Below are positions 19,059 to 28,215 of a DNA stretch of 64,000 bases, in pieces. The notes under the pieces are model-generated. The model saw only the letters and a list, made by a program, of their open reading frames with translations, was not told where the DNA came from and did not search any database. Position numbers and translations under genes: made by a program. Source of the stretch: Polyangiales bacterium (GTDB taxonomy: Bacteria > Myxococcota_A > Polyangia > Polyangiales > Ga0077539); the NCBI GenBank assembly GCA_046351515.1, contig JAXLYJ010000005.1, positions 370,892 to 434,891 of the forward strand, written 5' to 3'. How positions within the stretch are numbered: the first letter of the stretch is position 1; each line of letters begins with the position of its first letter.

Positions 19059-20639
19059 CTACCTCGCTGGCAGCGCGAGGGTGAAGCGCGCTCCATCTTG
19101 CGCGCGAAGCTCGACGTGGGTCGCGCTCGAGAACGCGTCGGGCACGAAGACGTTCGCTCGCGTGCTTGGCTCTCCGTCGGCGAGCTCGACGAGCGAGGCG
19201 GCGCCCGTTCCGAGCAGTGTTGCGCGCGCGTCGAAGTAGCGCGCCTGCAGCGTGGCGCTTCCCCGCGGAAGCGCCTTGGGCCTTCGCGAGTGCGAATAGC
19301 GAAGCGCTCCGTCGTCGAAGAGCGTGGCCACGTGCACGAGCGGGTTGCCCTCGTCGCTCGTGAGCGCCATCGGCCCGGGACGCAGCGTCGAAGCGCGCTC
19401 GTACAGCGCGCGATACGTGTAGTCCGAGAGCCACTGCGGGTCGCAATAGCCCATGAAGTCCGTCGTCATCGTGGGGTCGAAGAACGTGTTGTCCCTCGCG
19501 TCCCAGCCCCACACGCCGAGCGCCGCGCCGCGGTACGGATAGCGAGCGTCGGCGCCGGAGGTCGAACAGGGGGCGTGCTCTCTTCCGAACAAGTGACCGA
19601 GCTCGTGCGCGAAGGTCCACGCGGTGTCGTCGCCGGTGAATCCCACGCCGCTGCCGACGCGGATCGTTGCGTCGGTGATGTCGCTCACGACGTAGCTCTG
19701 TCCCGTCACGCACGAGCGACCGCAGTACGCGGCGCGCGAGACGTCCGGCGCGACGAGCGCGTAGTAGTACACGTCGTCCGCGGGCATCTCGCGGTCGCGC
19801 AGCGTCTCGAGCACGCCGTTGAGCGAGCCGAAGTTGACGTTGCCAGTGAACGTGGTCGTTCCGAAATCGATCGGAGCGTGGACGGTGAACTCGACGGCGG
19901 TGATGGGATAGAGCGCGACGAGCAGCGAGCGCATGCGCTGCAGTTGTTCGGCGCTGGTGTCGGGCAAGCGATTGGATCCGTCGCGGGTCCAACGCACAGG
20001 GACGAGCGTGACGCGCACGGCTCCGGGCGCGTTCGACGGGGCGAGGGGCGCGAGGGCTCCGTCGCGCGGCGCGCGCGCGGGGCTCGCGGCGGCGGGAGCG
20101 GCGCCCGATGGGTCGAGCAGGCGGATGGACCAGCGCGAGGTCGAGCGCACTCTCGCTGCGTCGACTTGAAATGTGAACACAGAGTTCGGGTCGCTCTCGC
20201 GAGACGCAGCAGAGATCATTCGCGTCTCGCGCAGGGCGGTGACCGCGCCGGGGGACTCTTCCCAGAGCAGCTCGGCGGTGACGTTTCGCGCGGTGAATCC
20301 CGCGGCAGGAGCGACGTACGCGCGGACGGCGGCGGCGCGCCCGGCGACGAGCGGCGCGTTGCGGTTCGAGACGAGCGCGTCGTTGGAGAACAGGCCGACG
20401 CGGACGCCCTGAAAGATCGCGACTTCGCTCACCGCGAGGTCGCGCGCGAGCGCGGGGTTGGCCGCGGGCGCGTCGGGCGCGGCGACGGCGTCGTTCGCGG
20501 TCGAGTCCGCCGCGGGCGAAGCTCTGTCCGACATGGGTGCGGTCGCGTCGTTGCCGAGCGAGCTGTCCGGGTCGATGGGCGGAGCGCCCGCGCAAGCGGC
20601 GAGCGCGAGGCAGAGCGAGGAGGTGGTGAGCGCGCGCAT
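19059..20639 (-). CDS. Secreted zinc metalloprotease lipoprotein (HExxHxxGxxH metzincin-like)
   Basis: MRALTTSSLCLALAAC lipobox; FAHELGHLFGREH zinc-binding motif; 526 aa. Convergent with the anti-sigma gene, 3-nt gap. Confidence 0.75.
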   Translation of the reverse strand: MRALTTSSLCLALAACAGAPPIDPDSSLGNDATAPMSDRASPAADSTANDAVAAPDAPAANPALARDLAVSEVAIFQGVRVGLFSNDALVSNRNAPLVAGRAAAVRAYVAPAAGFTARNVTAELLWEESPGAVTALRETRMISAASRESDPNSVFTFQVDAARVRSTSRWSIRLLDPSGAAPAAASPARAPRDGALAPLAPSNAPGAVRVTLVPVRWTRDGSNRLPDTSAEQLQRMRSLLVALYPITAVEFTVHAPIDFGTTTFTGNVNFGSLNGVLETLRDREMPADDVYYYALVAPDVSRAAYCGRSCVTGQSYVVSDITDATIRVGSGVGFTGDDTAWTFAHELGHLFGREHAPCSTSGADARYPYRGAALGVWGWDARDNTFFDPTMTTDFMGYCDPQWLSDYTYRALYERASTLRPGPMALTSDEGNPLVHVATLFDDGALRYSHSRRPKALPRGSATLQARYFDARATLLGTGAASLVELADGEPSTRANVFVPDAFSSATHVELRAQDGARFTLALPAR

Positions 20640-20803
20640 GAAGAGAGCGCAACGATTTCACAGCGCGAGGGTGTTGTCGCGGTCAGCCGCGATGGGGCGA
20701 GCGCGAGTCCAACGCCCGGCATCAGCCCGCAGAACACGAGACGAAAGCGTTTTGCGCTGCGATGGCTCTCCCCCGTCGAAGCGCATATCTCGCCGGGCGG
20801 CGC

Positions 20804-21553
20804 TCACCAGCACCCCGCCGCGCCCCATCGAAGCGCGAGCACCGTCTCCGCGGCTTCTGCGTCGTCGTGCTCGAGCGCCGCGTAGCCGATCAGCGCGCGC
20901 CCGGCGCAGTCGGCGATCGCGGCGTGCTCGCTCCGCGCGCTCGCTTCGATCGGAACGATCCATCCTCCTCGCGTCACCCACGCACGCACGAGCACGGTCA
21001 CGTCGCTCGCCCCGCGGTAGCAATCGCGCAGCGGTCGTCGCTCGATCGCGCGGCGCAGAAGCTCTCGCGTCGCGCAGCTGGTCGCTCCGTCCGCTGGCGC
21101 TGCGGCAAACCATCGCTCGAAGCACACGCGCCGCTGCGAGCGCGCGAGCGACCAGTGTTCGGCGAGCGCGCTCTCCCACACGCGATACGCGTGCACGCCG
21201 AAGCCGAAGCCGGTCGAAATCGGCCCGAGCGGATATTGATGAATCCACACCGCGGGTTGGTACGAAAACGTCGGGTCGCGATCGGGCGCCTCGGACCGTT
21301 GGTTCGCGGCGTCGAGCCGCGTTTCGTGAACCGGCTCGCATCCCGCATTGGCGTCGCGAACTCGCTCGCCGTTGCTCCACCGTGGCCAGTCGACACGAAT
21401 GCGACGCGCGCTCGTTGGCATGGTGAGCGGAGGCGATCGAGTCATTTCCGTTGTCGTGGGGCGCTGCTCGATGGAGGGGCGCGACGCACAACCTGTCGCG
21501 AGCATGACGGTCAGACCGACGGAACAGCGGCGAATCTGCAAGCTGGCCAACAT
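20804..21553 (-). CDS. Hypothetical lipoprotein
   Basis: Start chosen at the ATG at 21551-21553 (MLASLQIRRCSVGLTVMLATGC lipobox). Upstream part of ORF 20804..21976 is Ser/Arg-rich noise. C-terminal domain has conserved-looking W/Y-rich stretches. Confidence 0.45.
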   Translation of the reverse strand: MLASLQIRRCSVGLTVMLATGCASRPSIEQRPTTTEMTRSPPLTMPTSARRIRVDWPRWSNGERVRDANAGCEPVHETRLDAANQRSEAPDRDPTFSYQPAVWIHQYPLGPISTGFGFGVHAYRVWESALAEHWSLARSQRRVCFERWFAAAPADGATSCATRELLRRAIERRPLRDCYRGASDVTVLVRAWVTRGGWIVPIEASARSEHAAIADCAGRALIGYAALEHDDAEAAETVLALRWGAAGCW

Positions 21554-21725
21554 TCGAAATCCGACCGACACCGCCACTCGTAATCCGTTCTCCGACGAAT
21601 CAGGGCGGTCGTTCGGCAGGCGTTGCGTGCGGTCGACGAAAAAACTGCTAACCCCATCGAGACGCGAAAACGATCGCCTATTTAGGTGATGTGACATATA
21701 ACGAGGCGTTGGAGGACGTTCGGCG

Positions 21726-22790
21726 TTGGACGCGTACGAAGTGCGATTTCGATCGATCACCGAGCTCGCGGAGGCGTTCGCCACGGATCTGGCACAGCAT
21801 CGTCTCTTCGTGCGCGGCGCGCATCGCACCCGCCTCGGCGACGACATCTCGATTCGCATGGTTCTTCCCGAGACGCAGTCGGTGCTCACGCTCACGGGGC
21901 TGGTCCTCGAGCACGTGAAGGACGACGCTCGCGGCGAGGGTGCGCTGGTCGTGCTGCTCGATCTGCTCGACGACACCGTCGCGCTGATCGACCTGTTTAT
22001 CTCCGAGCGACTCGACGTCTCGCAGCCCGATCGCGAGCCGCCGAGCGTCGACCAACCGCTCGACGTGCTCGTGGTGGGCGGAGAGCCGTTTGTGACTCAA
22101 GCGACGCGCGCGTTTCGGCGCGATGGAGATCGTGTTCGGTTCGCGACCGACGGCTTCGAGGCGCTCGCCGCGGCGATTCGTCGACGGCCGGACGTGATCT
22201 TCTCCGACGTCACGATGCCGCGCATGGATGGCTGGCAGTTCTTGCGGATGTTGCGCAACAACGAGCGTCTCGCGGCGGTGCCCGTCGTGTTCACCAGCGA
22301 GCTGGCGAGCGAGCGAGAGCGCTTGCGAGGGTATCAGCTCGGGGTCGACGACTATCTTCCGCGGACGTGCCGACCGAGCGAGCTGCGATCGTGCGCGGAC
22401 CGGCTCGTGCGTCGAGCGCACACGATCGCGCCCGAGCCGCGAAAGCGCACGGCGATCCGCGGAGAGCTCTCACACGTCTCGCTCGCAGCGCTGCTCTCAC
22501 TGCTCGAGCTCGAACAGCGATCAGGGTCGATCGCGGTCAACGGATCGATCTCGGGAGTGCTGTGGATCGGCGACGGCCGCGTGCTCGACGCGCAAGTGTC
22601 CAAGCCGATCATGGAGCGTCACTCGACCGCGTTCGAGCACGCGTTGGCGTTGCTCAGCGCGACGGACGGCGAGTTCGTCTTCAACGCCGCCGCTGCGCGC
22701 CAGCAAGGCGCGCTCGACGTCTCGATCTCCGAGCTCGTCGCAGAGCACGCTCGGCTGCTCGCCGAGCTCGCACAGCGCAAGACGTCGTAA
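21726..22790 (+). CDS. Response regulator with N-terminal PilZ domain, central receiver (REC) domain and C-terminal DUF4388-like domain
   Basis: TTG start. The receiver core is recognisable as LDVLVVGGEP...DVIFSDVTMPRMDGWQFLRMLR...PVVFTS; the phospho-acceptor Asp is in DVTMPRMDG. N-terminal RxxxR-like PilZ region. Typical myxobacterial architecture. Confidence 0.7.
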   Translation: MDAYEVRFRSITELAEAFATDLAQHRLFVRGAHRTRLGDDISIRMVLPETQSVLTLTGLVLEHVKDDARGEGALVVLLDLLDDTVALIDLFISERLDVSQPDREPPSVDQPLDVLVVGGEPFVTQATRAFRRDGDRVRFATDGFEALAAAIRRRPDVIFSDVTMPRMDGWQFLRMLRNNERLAAVPVVFTSELASERERLRGYQLGVDDYLPRTCRPSELRSCADRLVRRAHTIAPEPRKRTAIRGELSHVSLAALLSLLELEQRSGSIAVNGSISGVLWIGDGRVLDAQVSKPIMERHSTAFEHALALLSATDGEFVFNAAAARQQGALDVSISELVAEHARLLAELAQRKTS

Positions 22791-22841
22791 TCAACCACGC
22801 GCTTCGGGAACAGCGCGCGTCCTCGCCGAGTTCACCGATCG

Positions 22842-23186
22842 ATGGAGCGAAGCACGCGCGCGCCGCTGATCGCCTCGGTGCTCGCGCACGGCGCGTTCTT
22901 CGCGTTGTGCGGCCGGGTGCGTGAGCAACGATGGCTGGAGGTGGCAGCCGCGACGGACGCGATCGAGCTCGAGCTCGTGTTCGCGACGTCCGCGCATCGC
23001 AACGCTCCTCGTCGCGACGAGCCTCCGCCCGTGATCGTCGCTCAACCGCGGCCCGAGAGGCTCTCGCGCACGCTCCCGCGCTCGACGCAGACGCCCACCG
23101 AACCGACGGCGACGAGCGAACCCGCGGTCGGTGCGCGCGCGCCGAGCCCGCTGCCTCAGCCGCGCAGTCCTCGGTCACGGGGATGA
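22842..23186 (+). CDS. TonB-like protein, N-terminal TM plus Pro-rich segment (possibly the 5' half of a split TonB gene)
   Basis: TM helix LIASVLAHGAFFALCG, then Pro-rich EPPPVIVAQPRPE...PSPLPQPRSP. Stop TGA overlaps the ATG of the next ORF (ATGA). Confidence 0.45.
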   Translation: MERSTRAPLIASVLAHGAFFALCGRVREQRWLEVAAATDAIELELVFATSAHRNAPRRDEPPPVIVAQPRPERLSRTLPRSTQTPTEPTATSEPAVGARAPSPLPQPRSPRSRG

Positions 23187-24067
23187 ATCTCTTGCGCTCG
23201 ATGTCGCGCGACGCGTACGCCAACGAGCGCTGGCGCTTCGGCTCAGCTCCGGTTGAAGGACCGCTCACGCCCGAGCAGCTCGCCGAGCAGCGCGCGCTCG
23301 ATCGAAACGTCGGTCGAATCACCGATCGATGGAGAGAAGACGCGCTTCGCGCCGCGCCGCCGCCGCGCCCGCCTGGCTCGTCGGAGTACGTTCGCCGCGT
23401 CGCGACTGCGGCTGCGAGGGCCTGGGCGCCGGTTCGCGCGCAAGATCCGTCGATCGCCGAGGGGCTGCTGCGCCTTCTTCTCGCGGGCAGCGAGGGATAC
23501 CGCGCGGCGCAGGCGGACTCGCTGGGCATGTTCGCGAATGGCCGCGTCGCTGCCGGCGCAGACGCGGTGAACGACGCGCATCCGCACTCGCCCATGCTGC
23601 AGAGCAACCCGACGCTCAACGAGGTTGGGCGCGCCGCTGCCCAGCGAATCGCGGTCGAAATCGACGTACGACAGAGCGCCGACGGCAGGCTCGTGGCGAT
23701 CTCCGTCGCCCGCTCGTCGGGCAGCGGGTTCTTCGATCGGCAGGCGATCGAGGCCGTTCGTCGCGCCATCGAGCAGAGCGGAGCCCGCGCGTCCTCGGAC
23801 TCGACCGTCCCGACGCGCACACGCTGGGAGTTCGAGCTTCGCGTCGCGCGCAATCCTCCGTTCGCGCTCGGGCCGCAATTGCCTGGAGCTCCCACGGTGT
23901 TCAACCTCGCGTCGGGCGGCGTCGAGTGGGGCGGCGTCGATCCTCCGCGCCCGATGTATCCCTTCGCGCTGCATCGCTATCAACGCGTGCGGATCCTCTG
24001 GGTGACCGCAGACACGACGCCGAACGCAGCCGCGGCTCGTGGCCCGACTCGCGACGCGGGGCGCTGA
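23183..24067 (+). CDS. TonB C-terminal-domain-like protein (possibly the 3' half of the same TonB-family gene, or a coupled separate gene)
   Basis: ...IAVEIDVRQSADGRLVAISVARSSGSGFFDRQAIEAVRRAI resembles the TonB C-terminal domain. Reading frame differs from 22842..23186 by +1. Confidence 0.5.
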   Translation: MNLLRSMSRDAYANERWRFGSAPVEGPLTPEQLAEQRALDRNVGRITDRWREDALRAAPPPRPPGSSEYVRRVATAAARAWAPVRAQDPSIAEGLLRLLLAGSEGYRAAQADSLGMFANGRVAAGADAVNDAHPHSPMLQSNPTLNEVGRAAAQRIAVEIDVRQSADGRLVAISVARSSGSGFFDRQAIEAVRRAIEQSGARASSDSTVPTRTRWEFELRVARNPPFALGPQLPGAPTVFNLASGGVEWGGVDPPRPMYPFALHRYQRVRILWVTADTTPNAAAARGPTRDAGR

Positions 24068-24144
24068 TCCCCAATCGAGCGGCGAGCGTTCGCGAGGCAA
24101 TTCCCGTGGGCCACTTGCTGCGACCATGCGCCGCGCGGTAGGCA

Positions 24145-24966
24145 GTGAATATGCGTTCAACGTGGACCCGATTCGTCGCGGCGATGCTCGTGACGACCGT
24201 CGCTGCCGACGCGCTCGCTCGTGATCGCATCACCTACCCGTATCGAGGCGTGACCCATGTGCATCGGCGGCTCGATCAGCTCGAGGCGCACGTGCTCACG
24301 ATCGACCTGGCGTGCGCCGAGATCGACGTCGTCGCGACGCGACCGCGCGAGCGATTCACCACGGTCTCGAATTTTGCTCACGAGCAGCACGCGCAGATCG
24401 CCATCAACGCGAACTTCTTCGACGACGGAGCGACCTCGTGCGGACTCGCCGTCGGCGACGGGCGTGTGTGGCGCGACTCGTCCCAGTCCAACTGCGGCGC
24501 TTCGCTCGCGTTCGGTCGCAACAGCGCTGGGTGGCGCGCGGAGGTGTTCGACTCGTTCGGCTGGGTGCGAGACAACCCCATGCGCTGGGCGTCGCAGGTG
24601 ATCACCGGAAAGCCCGTGATGCTTCGCCACGGTGAGCTCTTGTTTCACCCACACGAGCCCACGGGCATGTGGCGTCAGCACCCCCGCACCGCGATCGGGA
24701 TGGCCGCAGACCGCCACACGCTGGTGATCGCCGTGATCGAAGGCCGCCGGCGCAGCACCCCCGGAGCGACGACGAACGAGATGGTTCCGTTGCTCGAGGA
24801 GTTCGCGGTGTCCGACGCGATCAACTTGGATGGCGGCGGATCGTCGGCGCTCTACATCGCGTCCGAAGGCGGCATCGTGAATCGCCCGGCAGACGGCCAC
24901 GAGCGCTCGGTGCTCAATCACCTCGGGTTTCGCATGACGTCCGCGTGGAGTTCGATCGACCCATAG
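24145..24966 (+). CDS. Secreted phosphodiester glycosidase-family protein (DUF2233/NAGPA-like)
   Basis: Signal peptide MNMRSTWTRFVAAMLVTTVAADALA; conserved AINANFFDD...GMAADRHTLVIAVIEGRR...INLDGGGSSALY motifs. Confidence 0.65.
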   Translation: MNMRSTWTRFVAAMLVTTVAADALARDRITYPYRGVTHVHRRLDQLEAHVLTIDLACAEIDVVATRPRERFTTVSNFAHEQHAQIAINANFFDDGATSCGLAVGDGRVWRDSSQSNCGASLAFGRNSAGWRAEVFDSFGWVRDNPMRWASQVITGKPVMLRHGELLFHPHEPTGMWRQHPRTAIGMAADRHTLVIAVIEGRRRSTPGATTNEMVPLLEEFAVSDAINLDGGGSSALYIASEGGIVNRPADGHERSVLNHLGFRMTSAWSSIDP

Positions 24967-24994
24967 CGCCGTCGCGCGCTGGCGCGCTCGCGCT

Positions 24995-25411
24995 TCACTC
25001 GGGCAGGTACGCGATGGTGTTCACGAGCTGAACGAGGCGCTCGCGCTGCTCGGGCGTCAGGTCGATGAAGCGCACGCCCATCCCCGGATTCGGGTTGTCG
25101 CCGGCTTCGCGCCAGGGATTGATCCACGCGACTTCACCCACGAGCGTGAAGAGCTCTTCTCCCGGAGGCGCGAAGGAGAGCTGCAGCCGCGTGCCCCTCG
25201 GCAAAGGCTCCTTCGAGTACACGAAGATGCCCATCGCAGAGATGTTGGTGATGGTCGAGTACAGGAAGTTGTCCTGTGACTTGAAGTCCAACGGCCACGC
25301 GACCGGGATGCGGTCGTGCGAGCGTCGTTCGTTGACTCCATCCGGCGGAATCGATCGCCTCGGGGGAGAGTCCTGGTCTGATTTGTCGCCGTTATCGCCG
25401 TGGTCAGTCAT
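24995..25411 (-). CDS. PilZ-domain c-di-GMP-binding protein
   Basis: Start refined to the ATG at 25409-25411 (MTDHGDNGDK). RRSHDRIPVAW (RxxxR) and DNFLYSTITNISAMGIFV (D/NxSxxG) PilZ motifs. Confidence 0.7.
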   Translation of the reverse strand: MTDHGDNGDKSDQDSPPRRSIPPDGVNERRSHDRIPVAWPLDFKSQDNFLYSTITNISAMGIFVYSKEPLPRGTRLQLSFAPPGEELFTLVGEVAWINPWREAGDNPNPGMGVRFIDLTPEQRERLVQLVNTIAYLPE

Positions 25412-25460
25412 GACTCGCCCTCCGTAGCGCTTCCCTCTGCGAGCGTGTGTCGCAGCGTCG

Positions 25461-28142
25461 TTACCGCACCACGATGCGCGCTGCAACGACTCTGTTCTCG
25501 CGGTCGTGATCTCCGCCGCTCACGCGCATGCGATCGTCGCCTTGGAAGAAGCCGATGAAGACCGAGTACGTGCCGGCCCGACAATATCCAGGGATCGTGA
25601 TCTCTTGCTCGTCGTGGATAATGTCGCCCGGAAGCCAATTCGACACCGCGTAGCGCCCGCCAGCCGGCTCGTGATCGCCGTTGATGCGCGGGCACTGACC
25701 GTCGACGTGCACGAAGATCTGCCAGTTTCCTGACATCTCGCGCAGCACGCGGAAGTGGTACTTGATCTTGAACGAGCCGCCGACGGGCACGTACGACATG
25801 CCCTTCGAGTCGAGGTTGTAGCCCAAGAACTCGAGGTTCTCGTCGAAGCGCGCGGGCTGCTCGACGAAGCGACCGTTCTCCTGCGTTCCGTGCGCGTGCC
25901 AGTGATCGTTGCGCGTGAGCAAGCGATCCTGGCTCATCACGATTTCGTCCAGCGGATTGCGCGAGCCGCGCTCGCCCGCGTCCGACGCCGCGACGTAGAG
26001 GTTCGAGTTGCTCGCGTCGAGCACGGGGATGTTGTTGCGCTGCCCCTGCGGCTGCGCGTTGCGAAAGGCACGATTGAGCCGAGAGAAAACCCGCGCATCG
26101 ACGAGCATGAAGCGTCGGTCCGTGGGCGAGCCCGTGCGCAGCCACTCGACCGCTTCGGTCTCAGTGTCGATGTCGCGCACCGGAAAGTCCGCGTAGTAGC
26201 CAGCGTTGCGCTCTTCGGACGAGCCGCCGTAGCGCGCGACGCGCTCGTGCGGACGGCGCATCTGCTTGATCACCGCCCACACTCCGCGCGGCGAGAGGTG
26301 CTCGCTGAGCGCGGGGATGTAGAGCTTGGTGAACATCAGCGCGACGAAGATCGCGCCAAACGCCGTGATCCCGACGCGCGAGCCGCGCAGCGCGACCATC
26401 CACGGACGGGTGCGATCGCCGATCCAGCCGAAGAAGTTCCAGAGGAGGATGAAGCCGTAGACGCCTCCGACCACGACGAACGGAATCGCCGCAAATCCCA
26501 AGAACGCGGCCTTCGTCTGCGTCCCCATGTTCGCGGTGGTCAGCGCCGAGCCGCCGCACGTGCCGATCAGCGCGACCGCGCTCGCCAGCGCCCACGCGCG
26601 GAAGCTCGCGAGGATCCCCGTCCCCGTGAGCGCGTGCCACGACCGCCACAGCCCCTTGGCCGCGAGCTCGTCGCGCTCTTTGCGAGCGCCCGCTTCGACC
26701 TCGAGCATCCACTCGTAGGGGCGCTTGAGCCCGAACGCCTGCACCGTTCCGCTGCCCTGAAAGAACGCAGGCAAAGCGATGGCGATGTACGCGACGCCCA
26801 TCAGCAAGAAGTACGCTTCACCGGGCGCGCTGCCCTTGAAGAGATGGCCGATCGCCGCTCCCTTCTGCGCCCCGAGCCACTGAAAAATGCTCTTGTTGGG
26901 CTGGTTGTCCTGCGACCAACGAAAGCCGTCCGGAAACGCAGGACCGCCGTCGGGCAGCCCCAGCGCGGCGTACGAGCTCTTGGGAAACAAGAGGTAGTCG
27001 CGCATCATGATCACGGTGAAGAAGGTCACGCCCGCCGTGACGATCTTCCAACCGATGGCGGAGCGCTCAGCGTCGCGAAGCGCGATGGCCGCGGCGATCG
27101 CGAGCGGAGCGGCAGCCACGAACGGCGACGGACCGAACTGCTGCAGGTGAAACCCTTGCAGCCCAAACGCCACCAGCGCAGCGCCGGCCGCGCTCAAGCG
27201 AAGGCCCGCTTCACGCCACGCTTCGTCCGTCGCGACGACCGAGCCCTCGCGGCCGATCTCGCTGGCGTCCATCGGAGGCGCCGCAGCCAGTCGCGCCAGT
27301 CCGAACGCCACGAGGCCCGTCCACGGAAAGAGCGCGTGGCCCACGTGCTCGATGAGCGAGTCGTGCGTCGGAAGCCCCGTCGGCGGCCGGGAGTCCGCGC
27401 CCACGCCGACGAGCCAGCTGTAGTGCTCGAGCGGGAGCTTCACCGCCGCGCGCGAGGCCGCGAGCCCGAGCACGGCGCCCACGACAACGAGCACGAGGCC
27501 CGTGTTTCGCGTGGTGGGATCCTCGTCCTTCCAGCGAAACAGCGGGACGATTCCCACGCCGACGAGCACTGGGACGACGCCGAGCATCGCGCCGCCCGCT
27601 TGCACGGCGAACAGCGCAGCCACGAGCACGAGCAGCGCGCGCGCTTTGTAGAGGTTTTGCAAGAGGGGCTTGTCCGCGGGTGGCGGACGGCAGAACAGCG
27701 TCACCACCGCGCTGGCGAACAACAGCGTAAACGCGCTCTGCGCCACGCCGCCGCCGAACATCTGCCGCGCGTTCATGAAGACGAGCGGCATGGAGGCGTA
27801 CGCGGTTCCTGCGAACGCGGCGGTGCGAGCGTCGCTCGCGGACCATACGGCGGCCGCGAGCGCGAGCGTCGAGAGCGCTGCGAGCAGGGCCGTCGGCATG
27901 CGTCCGCCGGACTCGCTCGCGCCAAAGGAGCGAAACCCAGCGCGCACCATCGCGATCTGCGCAGGGGGACGGTTGTTGAGGACCTCCGATGCTTGCGTGG
28001 TGCCGCGCGCGGCGTCCGCGACGCGAAGCTCGGATGGCTGCCAGATGCCGAAATTGCCGAGGCCCGTGACGATCACGAGCAACGCGACGATCAGCGGCGC
28101 GGTCAGCGCTTGGAGTGGACCCTTCGAAGGAGGAAAGGACAT
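25461..28142 (-). CDS. Large polytopic membrane glycosyltransferase, family 39-like (ArnT/PMT-like) with a C-terminal extracytoplasmic domain
   Basis: About 890 aa with more than 12 TM helices in the N-terminal 600 aa and a soluble C-terminal 250 aa. Start taken at ATG 28140-28142 (MSFPPSKGPL); the ORF track uses a TTG at 28163. Family assignment is by architecture only. Confidence 0.55.
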   Translation of the reverse strand: MSFPPSKGPLQALTAPLIVALLVIVTGLGNFGIWQPSELRVADAARGTTQASEVLNNRPPAQIAMVRAGFRSFGASESGGRMPTALLAALSTLALAAAVWSASDARTAAFAGTAYASMPLVFMNARQMFGGGVAQSAFTLLFASAVVTLFCRPPPADKPLLQNLYKARALLVLVAALFAVQAGGAMLGVVPVLVGVGIVPLFRWKDEDPTTRNTGLVLVVVGAVLGLAASRAAVKLPLEHYSWLVGVGADSRPPTGLPTHDSLIEHVGHALFPWTGLVAFGLARLAAAPPMDASEIGREGSVVATDEAWREAGLRLSAAGAALVAFGLQGFHLQQFGPSPFVAAAPLAIAAAIALRDAERSAIGWKIVTAGVTFFTVIMMRDYLLFPKSSYAALGLPDGGPAFPDGFRWSQDNQPNKSIFQWLGAQKGAAIGHLFKGSAPGEAYFLLMGVAYIAIALPAFFQGSGTVQAFGLKRPYEWMLEVEAGARKERDELAAKGLWRSWHALTGTGILASFRAWALASAVALIGTCGGSALTTANMGTQTKAAFLGFAAIPFVVVGGVYGFILLWNFFGWIGDRTRPWMVALRGSRVGITAFGAIFVALMFTKLYIPALSEHLSPRGVWAVIKQMRRPHERVARYGGSSEERNAGYYADFPVRDIDTETEAVEWLRTGSPTDRRFMLVDARVFSRLNRAFRNAQPQGQRNNIPVLDASNSNLYVAASDAGERGSRNPLDEIVMSQDRLLTRNDHWHAHGTQENGRFVEQPARFDENLEFLGYNLDSKGMSYVPVGGSFKIKYHFRVLREMSGNWQIFVHVDGQCPRINGDHEPAGGRYAVSNWLPGDIIHDEQEITIPGYCRAGTYSVFIGFFQGDDRMRVSGGDHDRENRVVAARIVVR

Positions 28143-28215
28143 GCGACCGCGGCGTTGATACAACGAACGTTCCCGCGGCTACAGGGGGATGCGTGGCGTT
28201 TTGTTCGCGGGTCGA

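Noticed and set aside
19098-20885. 595-aa plus-strand ORF and the 559-aa minus-strand ORF 18982..20661 overlapping the metalloprotease gene
   Set aside because: Both are Arg/Gly/Ala-rich with no motifs. The 19059..20639 frame carries a lipobox and HExxHxxGxxH, so it is the real gene.
14999-25000. Possible genomic island integrated at the tmRNA 3' end
   Set aside because: No integrase, excisionase, transposase or obvious repeat of the ssrA 3' segment was seen in the 10 kb downstream. GC content and gene style match the flanks.
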